Below are positions 12,163-24,610 of a DNA stretch of 64,000 nt, piece after piece. The stretch is from Eledone cirrhosa. Its lineage: Eukaryota. The stretch is from the NCBI GenBank assembly GCA_964016885.1, contig OZ024743.1:160704001-160768000 (forward strand), given 5' to 3'. Positions within the stretch are counted from its first letter, which is position 1, and the number at the start of each line of letters is the position of its first letter. The notes under the pieces are model-generated. The model made no database searches. It was not told where the DNA came from and was given only the letters and a program-made list of their open reading frames with translations. The translations under genes and the position numbers were made by a program.

Positions 12163-12409
12163 ATTTCTTTATTAACCACAAGAGTTTACATAAAGTAGAC
12201 ATTAAGGACAGTGCAGGACAATACAGGACGGTACAAATGGGCAGTTCTGCGTGTAAAAAACAAAAACAGAGGATGTAACAAAAAAATAACAATGAAAAAT
12301 TCCCCAATAGGAGGGAGACTTCGGAGGGACATTTGTGGAGAAAGACCAGTAAAAGGCCACAGTGACCCTGCCCACCAAGGCAAGTGCCCTCTCCCAGTTT
12401 TCCACCTTT

Positions 12410-15400
12410 AATTTACAGATACGTACTCAGAGTAGGCCCATACACTCGGGCCATTCTTGCTTCTCTCACCCATCTTTCAACAAAATGCTGGGAAGAGAGC
12501 ACTTCTACTCTGATTTTCCTTTTCAAATGAAATTTGAAAAAGTCAATCAGGGCATCACCGAAGAGGTAAGTGCTCGTCTTAAGTCCTTTCAAACGTGTCC
12601 ACCATACTATCTCTTTCGCCATGGCCACCAGACAGATAAAAACTGCCTGCCCTTCCCGGCTAAAGGAAGAGGGCGGGCCAATCCTCACGATGGACTCAGA
12701 TGATAGCCGGATCCGTCCTACACGCGACAGCAGGTGTTCGACATAAACCCACAAGTCAGCAATTTTCGGACACTGGACGAGTGCGTGCAGGACGGTTTCG
12801 TCGTCCTGCGCGCATCTCGGACATGCCCGGCTGACGGCACCTCCATGCCTGTAGAGTTTATGTCAAACTGGCAAGGCTCCACGGTAGCACTGCCAGGCCA
12901 GAGATTTCTGGAAGTTGTTCATAGGTCCCGGCCCGAAAGTTCTTCCGAAGAGATTGGCTAGTTGATTTATGTCGACGCCTAGAATTTCCCCAAGTACGCC
13001 GTCACTGTTCCCCTCCACTAATCCTCTATAGAACGCCAAGGTGGAGTTTCCACCGATCACATTGCCCGATTGGTCGAGGGCTGTGAGCGCCTGAAGACAT
13101 TCCAGTCTCCAGGCGCTCCCTCTCGGTCTTCGCTTGACCCAGGACTGCTGCTCCGTCAATGAAATGAGCTGGGGAAATACGTATCTAGCAAACGGCGACC
13201 ACACCTGATCACCGTCGAGGAAGAGGTGGAGATGTCGTATCCTGAGCGCGTGTCTGCGCATCATCAGCCACGGCATGCCCAGCCCTCCACGTAGCGGGTG
13301 TTGACAGCAGATGGACCGCCTGATCTTCGGAGCACGTCCCTTCCACAAAAAGCGAAAGAGCAAATGCTCCAGCGCAGTCAGGCGTGGCTTAGGACAAGGT
13401 ACGACGGTCAGGCGGTAGCAGATGATAGACGCGATTTACGCGTTAGCCACCTCCACTCGACCTTTCAGGGATAGCTTCCTCTCCGCCCATTTCTGGGTGA
13501 GAGAAGCAACTCTGCTCGTCACCTCGTCCCAGGTTTTGTGCGTCTGGAGGTCCGGACCGAACCAGACCCCTAGCAATTTAACCGGTCCGTCCGTCAAGCG
13601 TCCGACGACGCTCTTGGACTGCATGGACCTGCCTCTCCAGGTGCCGAGCTGCAGGCACACTGACTTTTCCTGGTTGATCATTGCTCCTGTCACCGCTTCG
13701 TATTCTCTTAGTGTAGTGCCTATCGCCTCGATGCGTTTGACGTTGGACACCACTACGGTGACATCGTCCGCATTGCTGACACGGATCTTCCGCATCCTTG
13801 TTCGCGCGGGACGCCCCACAACGTCTCCAGTTTGTGCAGTAATGGCTCGAGAGTCAATACGTACAAGAGGGACGAGAGGGGACATCCTTGGCGGACCGAG
13901 CGCTTGATGTTGAACGGTTCCGAATGGTGACCGTTCACTCTCACCACAGAGCAGATGTCGCTGTGCATGGCAGCGATCCAGCCTCTGAAGACGGGCCCAA
14001 AGCCAGCCGCCCTCAGGACTGCCGCTAGGTAACGATGGTCGACCCTATCGAAAGCTTTCGACTGATCCAAATTGATCAAGGATCCACCCGTGCCAGGTTC
14101 CCTAGCTACCCTCTCTACAATGTATCGCATGAGGTGGAGGTTGTCGTGGATGGATCTGTCGGGAATGGCGCATGTCTGCGCCTCTCCCACCAGATCACCA
14201 ACGACAAGCGCCAACCTCTTTGCTAGCACCTTGAACTCTGTGTTTAGCAGAGGTATGGGCCTGAAATTATCTATGTTATCCCCCTTGTTCGGATCCTTTC
14301 TCAGCAGTTCCGCCGCTCCTCGGCTCACAGAGCTGGGAATTCTCCCGTTCTGTTTCCAGTTGCAGTAGACGTCCGCCAAGAAGCCTCCGAAAAAGTATGG
14401 CATCTGTACGTAAAGTTCATAGGGCAGACCATCCAAACTAGGCGATTTACCCCTTGTGCAGCCAGTCATTGCCTCCCGTACTTCAGCGGCTGTTATCGGC
14501 TTTTAGCAACACTCCGCCTCGGTGGCCGAGAGCCGCGACAGTCCGTCGAGGTAGACACTAATCTCCATCCTTCGAGCCGGCCCACCGCTTCCCCGAACAG
14601 CTGAGCGAAGTGTCGGTGAAAAGCTTCACACATTTGCCCGGAATCGAGTAGCATGCGCCCGTCGTGGTCCACCAAAGACCGGATCGTGGCTTTGTTGCCA
14701 CGACGCGCCTCCGCCACTCGGGCCCATTGAACGGCTTTCGTCCCCTCGTGTCTAAGAGCACGCACACTAGCTCTGACAACGCAGCCTTCGTGCTTTGCAT
14801 TGAAGAATTGGTCAAGGGCCAATTTCGCCGCAAGTACGTCGGTCTCAATGCCTTTGCTAGGCGCCTCGTCTAATTTTCTAACTAATTCTCCCTCTGCTCT
14901 ATTTTTGTCTATTGCTAAAGCCTTACTAAACCTAATGGACTCTATTCTAATTGCTCTTTTCAGAGCAAACCACCACATGTTGTTGACGATGGCCCCCGTC
15001 AACGCCCGCTTAACTAGTTCGCTAATCCGGTCTCTGTAGGCCTTGCGCACTGGTAAGGACGCGTTTAGCTTCCAGTAGCCGGGTCCTCGTCTATGAAGCC
15101 TATCTAAGTCAAGCACACAGATCACGAATTTGTGGTCCGTGTAGCTGACTATCTTGAATTGTGGACAGCCTAGGCTAGACCTATCTATTTCCCTACAAAA
15201 TACTCTATCTAGATATGATCTGGATGACCCTATGCGATTTGTCCAAGTCCACATTGGTATATTCGGGAAATCCATTCGGTACCTGTCAGACAGTTCAAAA
15301 CGCCTGAGCAGGTTGGTGAGACTCTTGCACCCTCCTTCCCTATCCACTAATCCCACACAATCCCAGCGTGCATCTAAGATCCCGTTCCAGTCGCCCACTA

Positions 15401-15813
15401 ACACTAAAGAGCGGGACGTTCCAAGAAAGGTCTCCAGACGCTGGAAGAAATCAGGCCGCCCTGCTCCTGTCGGGGCATAGACGGCCACTAACCTGAAAGC
15501 TTGCCCTTCTCCGCTGGTCACGTCCAGCACCACCAACTTACCTTCTGGGTCCAGGAAGATGGCCCGTATGGCAAGATCCAAACCTCTCCGAAAAAGCACA
15601 GCAAATCTTCCCCCCGAAACCGGACGGCTGGGTGATGCGTACACGTCGTAGCCGCCGAAGATCGGTGCGAAGGCCCGTGCTTCGGACATTCTGGTCTCGC
15701 TGATGGCCATTACATCTATGTTTAGTGACCTGAGGTCGTTAAGCAGGTGGCCCTGCTTCCATGACGACCCCCAAGCCACGTGCATTTATGCTGCCTATTC
15801 TGAGTGAGGTCAT
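12410..15813 (-). pseudogene. Tx1-like ORF2 (APE-RT-CCHC), frameshifted
   Basis: ATG at 15813 (MTSLRIGSINARG); pieces 14493-15785, 13753-14469, 13436-13885, 12863-13363 and 12413-12754. Confidence 0.9.
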
Positions 15814-15847
15814 GTTGGAAAGGAGTGGAAAAGATGGGAAAGACCAC

Positions 15848-17671
15848 TTACCTTACTTCTCGTAGGGGAATGACGGTTTTTCCATCCTTTTCACTGCTTG
15901 TGGCCTCCTCAGGAAGGATGTCCTTATAAATCCTCCTGGAGAGTGCTTGTCGGAAGTCTCCGATGTCTTTGGGGAATTTTTGTTTTAGTGCCATGTACGT
16001 TTTCTGTGTGATGCGAGTGATTTGTATGTGTGGAGGTGGTGTGAACTTTTGGGTTGTTGTGTAGTCTTTTTCAGTGATGCTGGTGTTGTGTTGGATGTAG
16101 TGTAATAATTGCTTGTTGTTCAAATTTAATGCTGTGTAGTGTGTATCGTTTTGGTTGTTTTGTTTTTTTTGCGTTTGTTGTGGATTTGTTTCTGTTTCGC
16201 ATTTTGGTGACTTTTGTGGTGTAGGTGATGGTGGTGTTGGGGTTAGTGATGGTGATGGTGTTGGTGTTTGGGTTGATGGGGTTGGTGATGCTGGTGTGGA
16301 TGATGGCATATCTGTCCTAACTTTTTTGTTTGTTAATTTATTTGTTTCCCTCTGTATTTTGTTTTTGGAGGGGGAAGGAAGAGAATTTTTTCTTTTTTGG
16401 TTTCTTTTTTTTTTCCTGATACCGTTTCCCACTCCTCGTCGTCACAATCTGTCAACATTTGTGATAGGCCGGGGAGTGGAAAATCCTCCACAGGCGTTAG
16501 TTTTGGTTGTGGCGTAGTGGATGGTGTAGGCGCTGGTGCTAGTTCTGAAGCGTTGGGTGGTGGTGGTGTTGGTTTTGCTGGTGGTGGTGGTTTTGGTTTT
16601 GCTACTGTTGCTGGGGTTGTTGCTGTTATAGTTGCTTCTGTTGTTGCTGCTACAGTTGTTGCTGCCATCTCTGCTACTGGTGGTGTTGATGGTTGTGTCA
16701 CTGGGGTGGGTAGGAGAGGTGGCCTCAACCTTTTAGCCTGAGGGCAGAAAGCCCTTAGGTGGGTTCCTTCACCACAAACGACACACCTAGGCCTTCTGCC
16801 CTCGTCAATTACCGTGAGGTGGCTGCCGTCAGTGAGGTCTATTACCTCTGGGATCTCCTCAATGCTTTTTTGCTCCGCTTGGATCAGGAGCTCCATCCCA
16901 GATCCGGACCAGTTCTCCTGCTTTTCTTTTGCTATTGCTATTATCTTTGTGTTGGCTTCGATGCCGCCGAGGACGGCCGCTATTAGCCAGGTAATTTCGA
17001 TGGCCGGTGGAACGTGGGTCACCCTGATCTTTACGAGTCTCTGGCCACAATAGCTTGGGACGAGTGTGATGTCGTCACTTCTTAATGGGGCCATGGAGTG
17101 TTCTCTAGCCTCCTCTGGTGTTTCAAAGAACACGTCCACGGTTCCATACTTCTGCCCACGTCTGATGTGGATTTTTCTTGCCCACACATGTCCCAAAGCT
17201 TTTTGGATTTGGGATTCGGATGCTCGTTCCACTCGGCGCGATTTTACATTTATTGTTCGATACGACACGGTGCAGAGGCGCTGATGCTCCATTTTATTAG
17301 GTGGGGGGGAGGCTGACCCTGTACCCATCTTTCTTTACCATTTGTTTGGCATTTTCTAAATCCTCCTGAGTTACCGTAAATGCTTCGAACTGTTTTGCTA
17401 CTCTGGCAACACTCAGGGTGGTTTTTTTAATGTCATTGTTGTTGTTGTTGCTATTGTTATTTTTGATATTATTAATTTTAGTTTCAGTTGTGGTGGTGGT
17501 GACGTCAGTGAAAGTCGGTTTGGGAGAGTCTATTTTGGTTGAAAATATTTCGACATCACGAGTTGATTTATTTTTTCCTTTTGTTTCTGTTATCGCGGTG
17601 GTGGTGGTGGTGGAGGCTTTAACACCTGCAGTCATTGGTAATGGCCAGAAATGAATGTCTGCCTGAGACAA
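15848..17671 (-). pseudogene. Tx1-like ORF1, split by frameshifts in homopolymer runs
   Basis: Pieces 17297-17671, 16333-17328 (CCHC) and 15848-16432. Confidence 0.8.
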
Positions 17672-18101
17672 ATTTAAAATATTGCTACTGCTTATATTTT
17701 TTTTAGTGTTGGCAAACGTAGTAACATTTACAATGGTGGTGTCGGTGTGAGGTGTTAATTCGTGAGGAAGGCTTTAAGCTGCTTGGTGCAGAAGTGAATT
17801 AGCCATTTTTTTTTCAAAGAAATTTTTTGATAATCATAAAAGTTTAAATTTTGGGCACAAGGCCCCAATCTTTTTGGGTGTCCTTTTCGGAAAACAATGT
17901 ATGTGCGCTTATATATAGTTAACAATAACAATTTTCCATAAATGGCAATTTTTAACAAACGGAAATAACAAACCTTTGCCGAGCTCACGATGATACGATT
18001 TACTACGTAGGTCGCCAATAATAATAAAAATAATAATAATAATAATGATAATAATAATAATAATAATAATAATTGTGTCTGAGGAAATAATAATAATAAT
18101 A

Positions 18102-20082
18102 ATTGTGTCTGAGGAAATCTACCATCACCTCCACACAAACAACTTGTTACCGGACGAACAGAAAGGATGCCGAAAGAAGTCACGTGGTACAAAGGACCAG
18201 TTGCTTATTGATAAGATGGTAATGGGGAATTGCAGGAGGAGACACACTGATCTTGCCATGGGATGGATAGACTACAGAAAGGCATTTGACATGGTGCCTC
18301 ATACCTGGATCACCAAAAGCCTGGAGATCTTCAGGGTGGCAGATAACATCAGACAGTTGCTGGGCAGGAGTATGGGGTCCTGGGAGACAGAGTTGACATC
18401 AACTGGAGTATCCTTGGGAAGCGTGAAGATCAAGAGAGGTATCTTCCAGGGAGATAGCCTGTCCCCTCTGTTGTTTGTCCTTGCCCTGATGCCCTTGACC
18501 ATTATGCTGCGAAAAGTGAGAGCAGGATACAAATTGGGAAGGGGAGAGCTTACCATCAATCACCTCCTCTTCATGGACGATCTTAAGCTCTTCGGGAAAA
18601 GTGAGAAGGAGTTGGATGTGCTTGTTGACACTGTCCGTATTTTCAGCAGTGATATATGTATGCAGTTTGGTATTGGTAAATGTGGAGTCATTGTGATGAA
18701 GGGGGGTAGGTTGAGCAGAAGTAACGGGATCCAGATACCAACAGGTGAGATGATAAAGGAAATTGACTCTGAGGAATGATACAAGTATTTGGGCGTTCTG
18801 GAGGCTGATGGCATAAAGAACAAAAAATGAAGGAATTGTTAAGAACTGAATACATTCGGAGAGTAAGGAGCGTATTGAAGTCACATCTGAACAGCAGAAA
18901 TGCCATAAGCGCAGTAAATTCCCGAGCTGTGTCTATTATTAGGTACAGTGCGGGAATTCTGAGATGGAATGTTGCTGAACAAAAAGAAATGGATAGGAAG
19001 ACTAGGAAGCTATTGACTATCTACAACATGTTCCACAAGAGGAGTGATGTCGATAGACTCTACCTAAGGAGATCTGAGGGTGGAAGAGGCCTTATCAGCA
19101 TAGAGGACTGTGTTCAGATGGAGAAAAACAACCTATACAAATACGTGACCTATAGTAAGGAGCCAATGCTCAGAACTGTACTGAAGGAGGGGACAGTAGG
19201 CCAGGGGATATCCAAGGAGGAAATAACATCAAGGAGGAAGAGCAGCCTTAAGGGAAAATCCCTTCATAGTACCTTCTTTGAGAAAACTGAATTTAGAGAT
19301 CCACAGACATGGAACTGGTTGAGAAGAGGAGACCTCAAAAAGGCTACAGAAGGAATGCTAATGGCTGCGCAGGAGCAGGCCCTCAAAACGAAGTGGTTGA
19401 AGCACCATATCTACAAGGAGGAGGCTAGCCCAATGTGCAGGATCTGTGGAGAGAGAGAGGAGACTGTGGCTCACATTGTGTCCGAGTGTAAACACCTAGC
19501 CCAGACCCACTATAAGGGCTGGAGACACGATGTGATGGGCAGGGTGATCCACTGGCACCTGTGCAAAGTAAACAATCTACCACATTCTGAGAAATGGTAT
19601 GAGCATAGGCCAGAGGCGGTGATGGAGAACAGTCAGGTGAAGGTGCTGTGGGATTTTAGGATACAGACGGACAAAAAACTGGAACACAATAGACCTGACC
19701 TGGTGGTTGTGGACAAAGAAAAAAGATCGTGCCTGATTGTGGATGTGGCCTGCCCGTTCGACACGAGAGTGCAAGAGAAGGAGAGGGAGAAAATTAACCG
19801 ATACCAGGACCTAAAGTGGGAGGTGAAAAGGATTTGGAACTGCCATGAAGTCAAAGTGATCCCGATTGTCATAGGCGCACTGGGGACTATCTCCAAAGGT
19901 TTCCAGGGATGGTTAAAGAAAATCGGCCCCTTCACGCTTTTTGGAACGCTTCAAAAGGCATGCTTGCTTGGAACAGCAAGAACCCTCCGATACGTCCTGA
20001 ATATCTGAGGCTGCAGGTAGTGGCTTGATGTTCAATCCAACGGACTTTCCAGTTAACCAACATCAATGACTGAGATTCAAGG
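18102..20082 (+). mobile_element. R4/Dong-like family A copy 2 (truncated at the position equivalent to 9966; one nonsense codon and one frameshift)
   Basis: Near-identical to 9966-11947; GGA>TGA at 18777-18779 and one A missing near 18822. Confidence 0.92.
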
Positions 20083-20088
20083 AATAAC

Positions 20089-20128
<40 letters not shown>

Positions 20129-20131
<3 letters not shown>

Positions 20132-21816
20132 TCAACTGGAGTATCCTTGGGAAGCGTGAAGATCAAGAGAGGTATCTTCCAGGGAGATAGCCTGTCCCCT
20201 CTGTTGTTTGTCCTTGCCCTGATGCCCTTGACCATTATGCTGCGAAAAGTGAGAGCAGGATACAAGTTGGGAAGGGGAGAGCTTACCATCAATAACCTCC
20301 TCTTCATGGACGATCTTAAGCTCTTCGGGAAAAGTGAGAAGGAGTTGGATGTGCTTGTTGACACTGTCCGTATTTTCAGCAGTGATATATGTATGCAGTT
20401 TGGTATTGGTAAATGTGGAGTCATTGTGATGAAGAGGGGTAGGTTGAGCAGAAGTAACGGGATCCAGATACCAACAGGTGAGATGATAAAGGAAATTGAC
20501 TCTGAGGAAGGATACAAGTATTTGGGCGTTCTGGAGGCTGATGGCATAAAGAACAAAAAAATGAAGGAATTGTTAAGAACTGAATACATTCGGAGAGTAA
20601 GGAGCGTATTGAAGTCACATCTGAACAGCAGAAATGCCATAAGCGCAGTAAATTCCCGAGCTGTGTCTATTATTAGGTACAGTGCGGGAATTCTGAGATG
20701 GAATGTTGCTGAACAAAAAGAAATGGATAGGAAGACTAGGAAGCTATTGACTATCTACAACATGTTCCACAAGAGGAGTGATGTCGATAGACTCTACCTA
20801 AGGAGATCTGAGGGTGGAAGAGGTCTTATCAGCATAGAGGACTGTGTTCAGATGGAGAAAAACAACCTATACAAATACGTGACCTATAGTAAGGAGCCAA
20901 TGCTCAGAACTGTACTGAAGGAGGGGACAGTAGGCCAGGGGATGTCCAAGGAGGAAATAACATCAAGGAGGAAGAGCAGCCTTAAGGGAAAATCCCTTCA
21001 TAGTACCTTCTTTGAGAAAACTGAATTTAGAGATCCACAGACATGGAACTGGTTGAGAAGAGGAGACCTCAAAAAGGCTACAGAAGGAATGCTAATGGCT
21101 GCGCAGGAGCAGGCCCTCAAAACGAAGTGGTTGAAGCACCATATCTACAAGGAGGAGGCTAGCCCACTGTGCAGGATCTGTGGAGAGAGAGAGGAGACTG
21201 TGGCTCACATTGTGTCCGAGTGTAAACACCTAGCCCAGACACACTATAAGGGCTGGAGACACGATGTGATGGGCAGGGTGATCCACTGGCACCTGTGCAA
21301 AGTAAACAATCTACCACATTCTGAGAAATGGTATGAGCATAGGCCAGAGGCGGTGATGGAGAACAGTCAGGTGAAGGTGCTGTGGGATTTTAGGATACAG
21401 ACGGACAAAAAACTGGAACACAATAGACCTGACCTGGTGGTTGTGGACAAAGAAAAAAGATCGTGCCTGATTGTGGATGTGGCCTGCCCGTTCGACACGA
21501 GAGTGCAAGAGAAGGAGAGGGAGAAAATTAACCGATACCAGGACCTAAAGTGGGAGGTGAAAAGGATTTGGAACTGCCATGAAGTCAAAGTGATCCCGAT
21601 TGTCATAGGCGCACTGGGGACTATCTCCAAAGGTTTCCAGGGATGGTTAAAGAAAATCGGCCCCTTCACGCTTTTTGGAACGCTTCAAAAGGCATGCTTG
21701 CTTGGAACAGCAAGAACCCTCCGATACGTCCTGAATATCTGAGGCTGCAGGTAGTGGCTTGATATTCAATCCAACGGACTTTCCAGTTAACCAACATCAA
21801 TGACTGAGATTCAAGG
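20129..21816 (+). mobile_element. R4/Dong-like family A copy 3 (truncated at the position equivalent to 10260)
   Basis: Near-identical to 10260-11947; frame open to 21742. Confidence 0.92.
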
Positions 21817-21912
21817 AATAACAATAACAATAATAATAATAATAATAATAATAATGAAGGAATTGTAATAATTGAATAATAATTGAATAATAATTGAATA
21901 ATAATAATAAAA

Positions 21913-23091
21913 ATGAAGGAATTGTTAAGAACTGAATACATTCGAAGAGTAAGGAGCGTATTGAAGTCACATCTGAACAGCAGAAATGCCATAAGCGCAG
22001 TAAATTCCCGAGCTGTGTCTATTATTAGGTACAGTGCGGGAATTCTGAGATGGAATGTTGCTGAACAAAAAGAAATGGATAGGAAGACTAGGAAGCTATT
22101 GACTATCTACATGTTCCACAAGAGGAGTGATGTCGATAGACTCTACCTAAGGAGATCTGAGGGTGGAAGAGGTCTTATCAGCATAGAGGACTGTGTTCAG
22201 ATGGAGAAAAACAACCTATACAAATACGTGACCTATAGTAAGGAGCCAATGCTCAGAACTGTACTGAAGGAGGGGACAGTAGGCCAGGTGATGTCCAAGG
22301 AGGAAATAACATCAAGGAGGAAGAGCAGCCTTAAGGGAAAATCCCTTCATAGTACCTTCTTTGAGAAAACTGAATTTAGAGATCCACAGACATGGAACTG
22401 GTTGAGAAGAGGAGACCTCAAAAAGGCTACAGAAGGAATGCTAATGGCTGCGCAGGAGCAGGCCCTCAAAACGAAGTGGTTGAAGCACCATATCTACAAG
22501 GAGGAGGCTAGCCCACTGTGCAGGATCTGTGGAGAGAGAGAGGAGACTGTGGCTCACATTGTGTCCGAGTGTAAACACCTAGCCCAGACACACTATAAGG
22601 GCTGGAGACACGATGTGATGGGCAGGGTGATCCACTGGCACCTGTGCAAAGTAAACAATCTACCACATTCTGAGAAATGGTATGAGCATAGGCCAGAGGC
22701 GGTGATGGAGAACAGTCAGGTGAAGGTGCTGTGGGATTTTAGGATACAGACGGACAAAAAACTGGAACACAATAGACCTGACCTGGTGGTTATGGACAAA
22801 GAAAAAAGATCGTGCCTGATTGTGGATGTGGCCTGCCCGTTCGACACGAGAGTGCAAGAGAAGGAGAGGGAGAAAATTAACCGATACCAGGACCTAAAGT
22901 GGGAGGTGAAAAGGATTTGGAACTGCCATGAAGTCAAAGTGATCCCGATTGTCATAGGCGCACTGGGGACTATCTCCAAAGGTTTCCAGGGATGGTTAAA
23001 GAAAATCGGCCCCTTCACGCTTTTTGGAACGCTTCAAAAGGCATGCTTGCTTGGAACAGCAAGAACCCTCCGATACGTCCTGAATATCTGA
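21913..23091 (+). CDS. Family A C-terminal ORF (RT thumb/linker, CCHC, RLE), unit 1
   Basis: 392-aa ATG-started ORF equal to the C-terminus of 9219-11873; expression unknown. Confidence 0.55.
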   Translation: MKELLRTEYIRRVRSVLKSHLNSRNAISAVNSRAVSIIRYSAGILRWNVAEQKEMDRKTRKLLTIYMFHKRSDVDRLYLRRSEGGRGLISIEDCVQMEKNNLYKYVTYSKEPMLRTVLKEGTVGQVMSKEEITSRRKSSLKGKSLHSTFFEKTEFRDPQTWNWLRRGDLKKATEGMLMAAQEQALKTKWLKHHIYKEEASPLCRICGEREETVAHIVSECKHLAQTHYKGWRHDVMGRVIHWHLCKVNNLPHSEKWYEHRPEAVMENSQVKVLWDFRIQTDKKLEHNRPDLVVMDKEKRSCLIVDVACPFDTRVQEKEREKINRYQDLKWEVKRIWNCHEVKVIPIVIGALGTISKGFQGWLKKIGPFTLFGTLQKACLLGTARTLRYVLNI

Positions 23092-23261
23092 GGCTGCAGG
23101 TAGTGGCTTGATATTCAATCCAACGGACTTTCCAGTTAACCAACATCAATGACTGAGATTCAAGGAATAACAATAACAATAATAATAATAATAATAATAA
23201 TAATGAAGGAATTGTAATAATTGAATAATAATTGAATAATAATTGAATAATAATAATAAAA

Positions 23262-24440
23262 ATGAAGGAATTGTTAAGAACTGAATACATTCGAAGAGTA
23301 AGGAGCGTATTGAAGTCACATCTGAACAGCAGAAATGCCATAAGCGCAGTAAATTCCCGAGCTGTGTCTATTATTAGGTACAGTGCGGGAATTCTGAGAT
23401 GGAATGTTGCTGAACAAAAAGAAATGGATAGGAAGACTAGGAAGCTATTGACTATCTACATGTTCCACAAGAGGAGTGATGTCGATAGACTCTACCTAAG
23501 GAGATCTGAGGGTGGAAGAGGTCTTATCAGCATAGAGGACTGTGTTCAGATGGAGAAAAACAACCTATACAAATACGTGACCTATAGTAAGGAGCCAATG
23601 CTCAGAACTGTACTGAAGGAGGGGACAGTAGGCCAGGTGATGTCCAAGGAGGAAATAACATCAAGGAGGAAGAGCAGCCTTAAGGGAAAATCCCTTCATA
23701 GTACCTTCTTTGAGAAAACTGAATTTAGAGATCCACAGACATGGAACTGGTTGAGAAGAGGAGACCTCAAAAAGGCTACAGAAGGAATGCTAATGGCTGC
23801 GCAGGAGCAGGCCCTCAAAACGAAGTGGTTGAAGCACCATATCTACAAGGAGGAGGCTAGCCCACTGTGCAGGATCTGTGGAGAGAGAGAGGAGACTGTG
23901 GCTCACATTGTGTCCGAGTGTAAACACCTAGCCCAGACACACTATAAGGGCTGGAGACACGATGTGATGGGCAGGGTGATCCACTGGCACCTGTGCAAAG
24001 TAAACAATCTACCACATTCTGAGAAATGGTATGAGCATAGGCCAGAGGCGGTGATGGAGAACAGTCAGGTGAAGGTGCTGTGGGATTTTAGGATACAGAC
24101 GGACAAAAAACTGGAACACAATAGACCTGACCTGGTGGTTATGGACAAAGAAAAAAGATCGTGCCTGATTGTGGATGTGGCCTGCCCGTTCGACACGAGA
24201 GTGCAAGAGAAGGAGAGGGAGAAAATTAACCGATACCAGGACCTAAAGTGGGAGGTGAAAAGGATTTGGAACTGCCATGAAGTCAAAGTGATCCCGATTG
24301 TCATAGGCGCACTGGGGACTATCTCCAAAGGTTTCCAGGGATGGTTAAAGAAAATCGGCCCCTTCACGCTTTTTGGAACGCTTCAAAAGGCATGCTTGCT
24401 TGGAACAGCAAGAACCCTCCGATACGTCCTGAATATCTGA
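23262..24440 (+). CDS. Family A C-terminal ORF, unit 2
   Basis: Same protein as unit 1. Confidence 0.55.
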   Translation: MKELLRTEYIRRVRSVLKSHLNSRNAISAVNSRAVSIIRYSAGILRWNVAEQKEMDRKTRKLLTIYMFHKRSDVDRLYLRRSEGGRGLISIEDCVQMEKNNLYKYVTYSKEPMLRTVLKEGTVGQVMSKEEITSRRKSSLKGKSLHSTFFEKTEFRDPQTWNWLRRGDLKKATEGMLMAAQEQALKTKWLKHHIYKEEASPLCRICGEREETVAHIVSECKHLAQTHYKGWRHDVMGRVIHWHLCKVNNLPHSEKWYEHRPEAVMENSQVKVLWDFRIQTDKKLEHNRPDLVVMDKEKRSCLIVDVACPFDTRVQEKEREKINRYQDLKWEVKRIWNCHEVKVIPIVIGALGTISKGFQGWLKKIGPFTLFGTLQKACLLGTARTLRYVLNI

Positions 24441-24610
24441 GGCTGCAGGTAGTGGCTTGATATTCAATCCAACGGACTTTCCAGTTAACCAACATCAATG
24501 ACTGAGATTCAAGGAATAACAATAACAATAATAATAATAATAATAATAATAATGAAGGAATTGTAATAATTGAATAATAATTGAATAATAATTGAATAAT
24601 AATAATAAAA

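Larger units (their letters stand above)
12163..18016 (-). mobile_element. Tx1-like non-LTR retrotransposon copy 2, full length, frameshifted
   Basis: ORF1 with intact CVVCGEGTHLRAFC knuckle. ORF2 with APE (YLDR, YTDH), RT (NFRPI, KAFDRVDH, SVRQGCPLS, NADD) and C-terminal CPRC..ETVLHALVQC. 3' AATAAA; 5' end abuts (AAT)n. Confidence 0.92.

Noticed and set aside
17848-17868. ggcacaaggcc shared between the Tx1 5'UTR and the SINE tail
   Set aside because: About 11 nt and not conserved in the sister 5'UTR at ~390-410; could be chance
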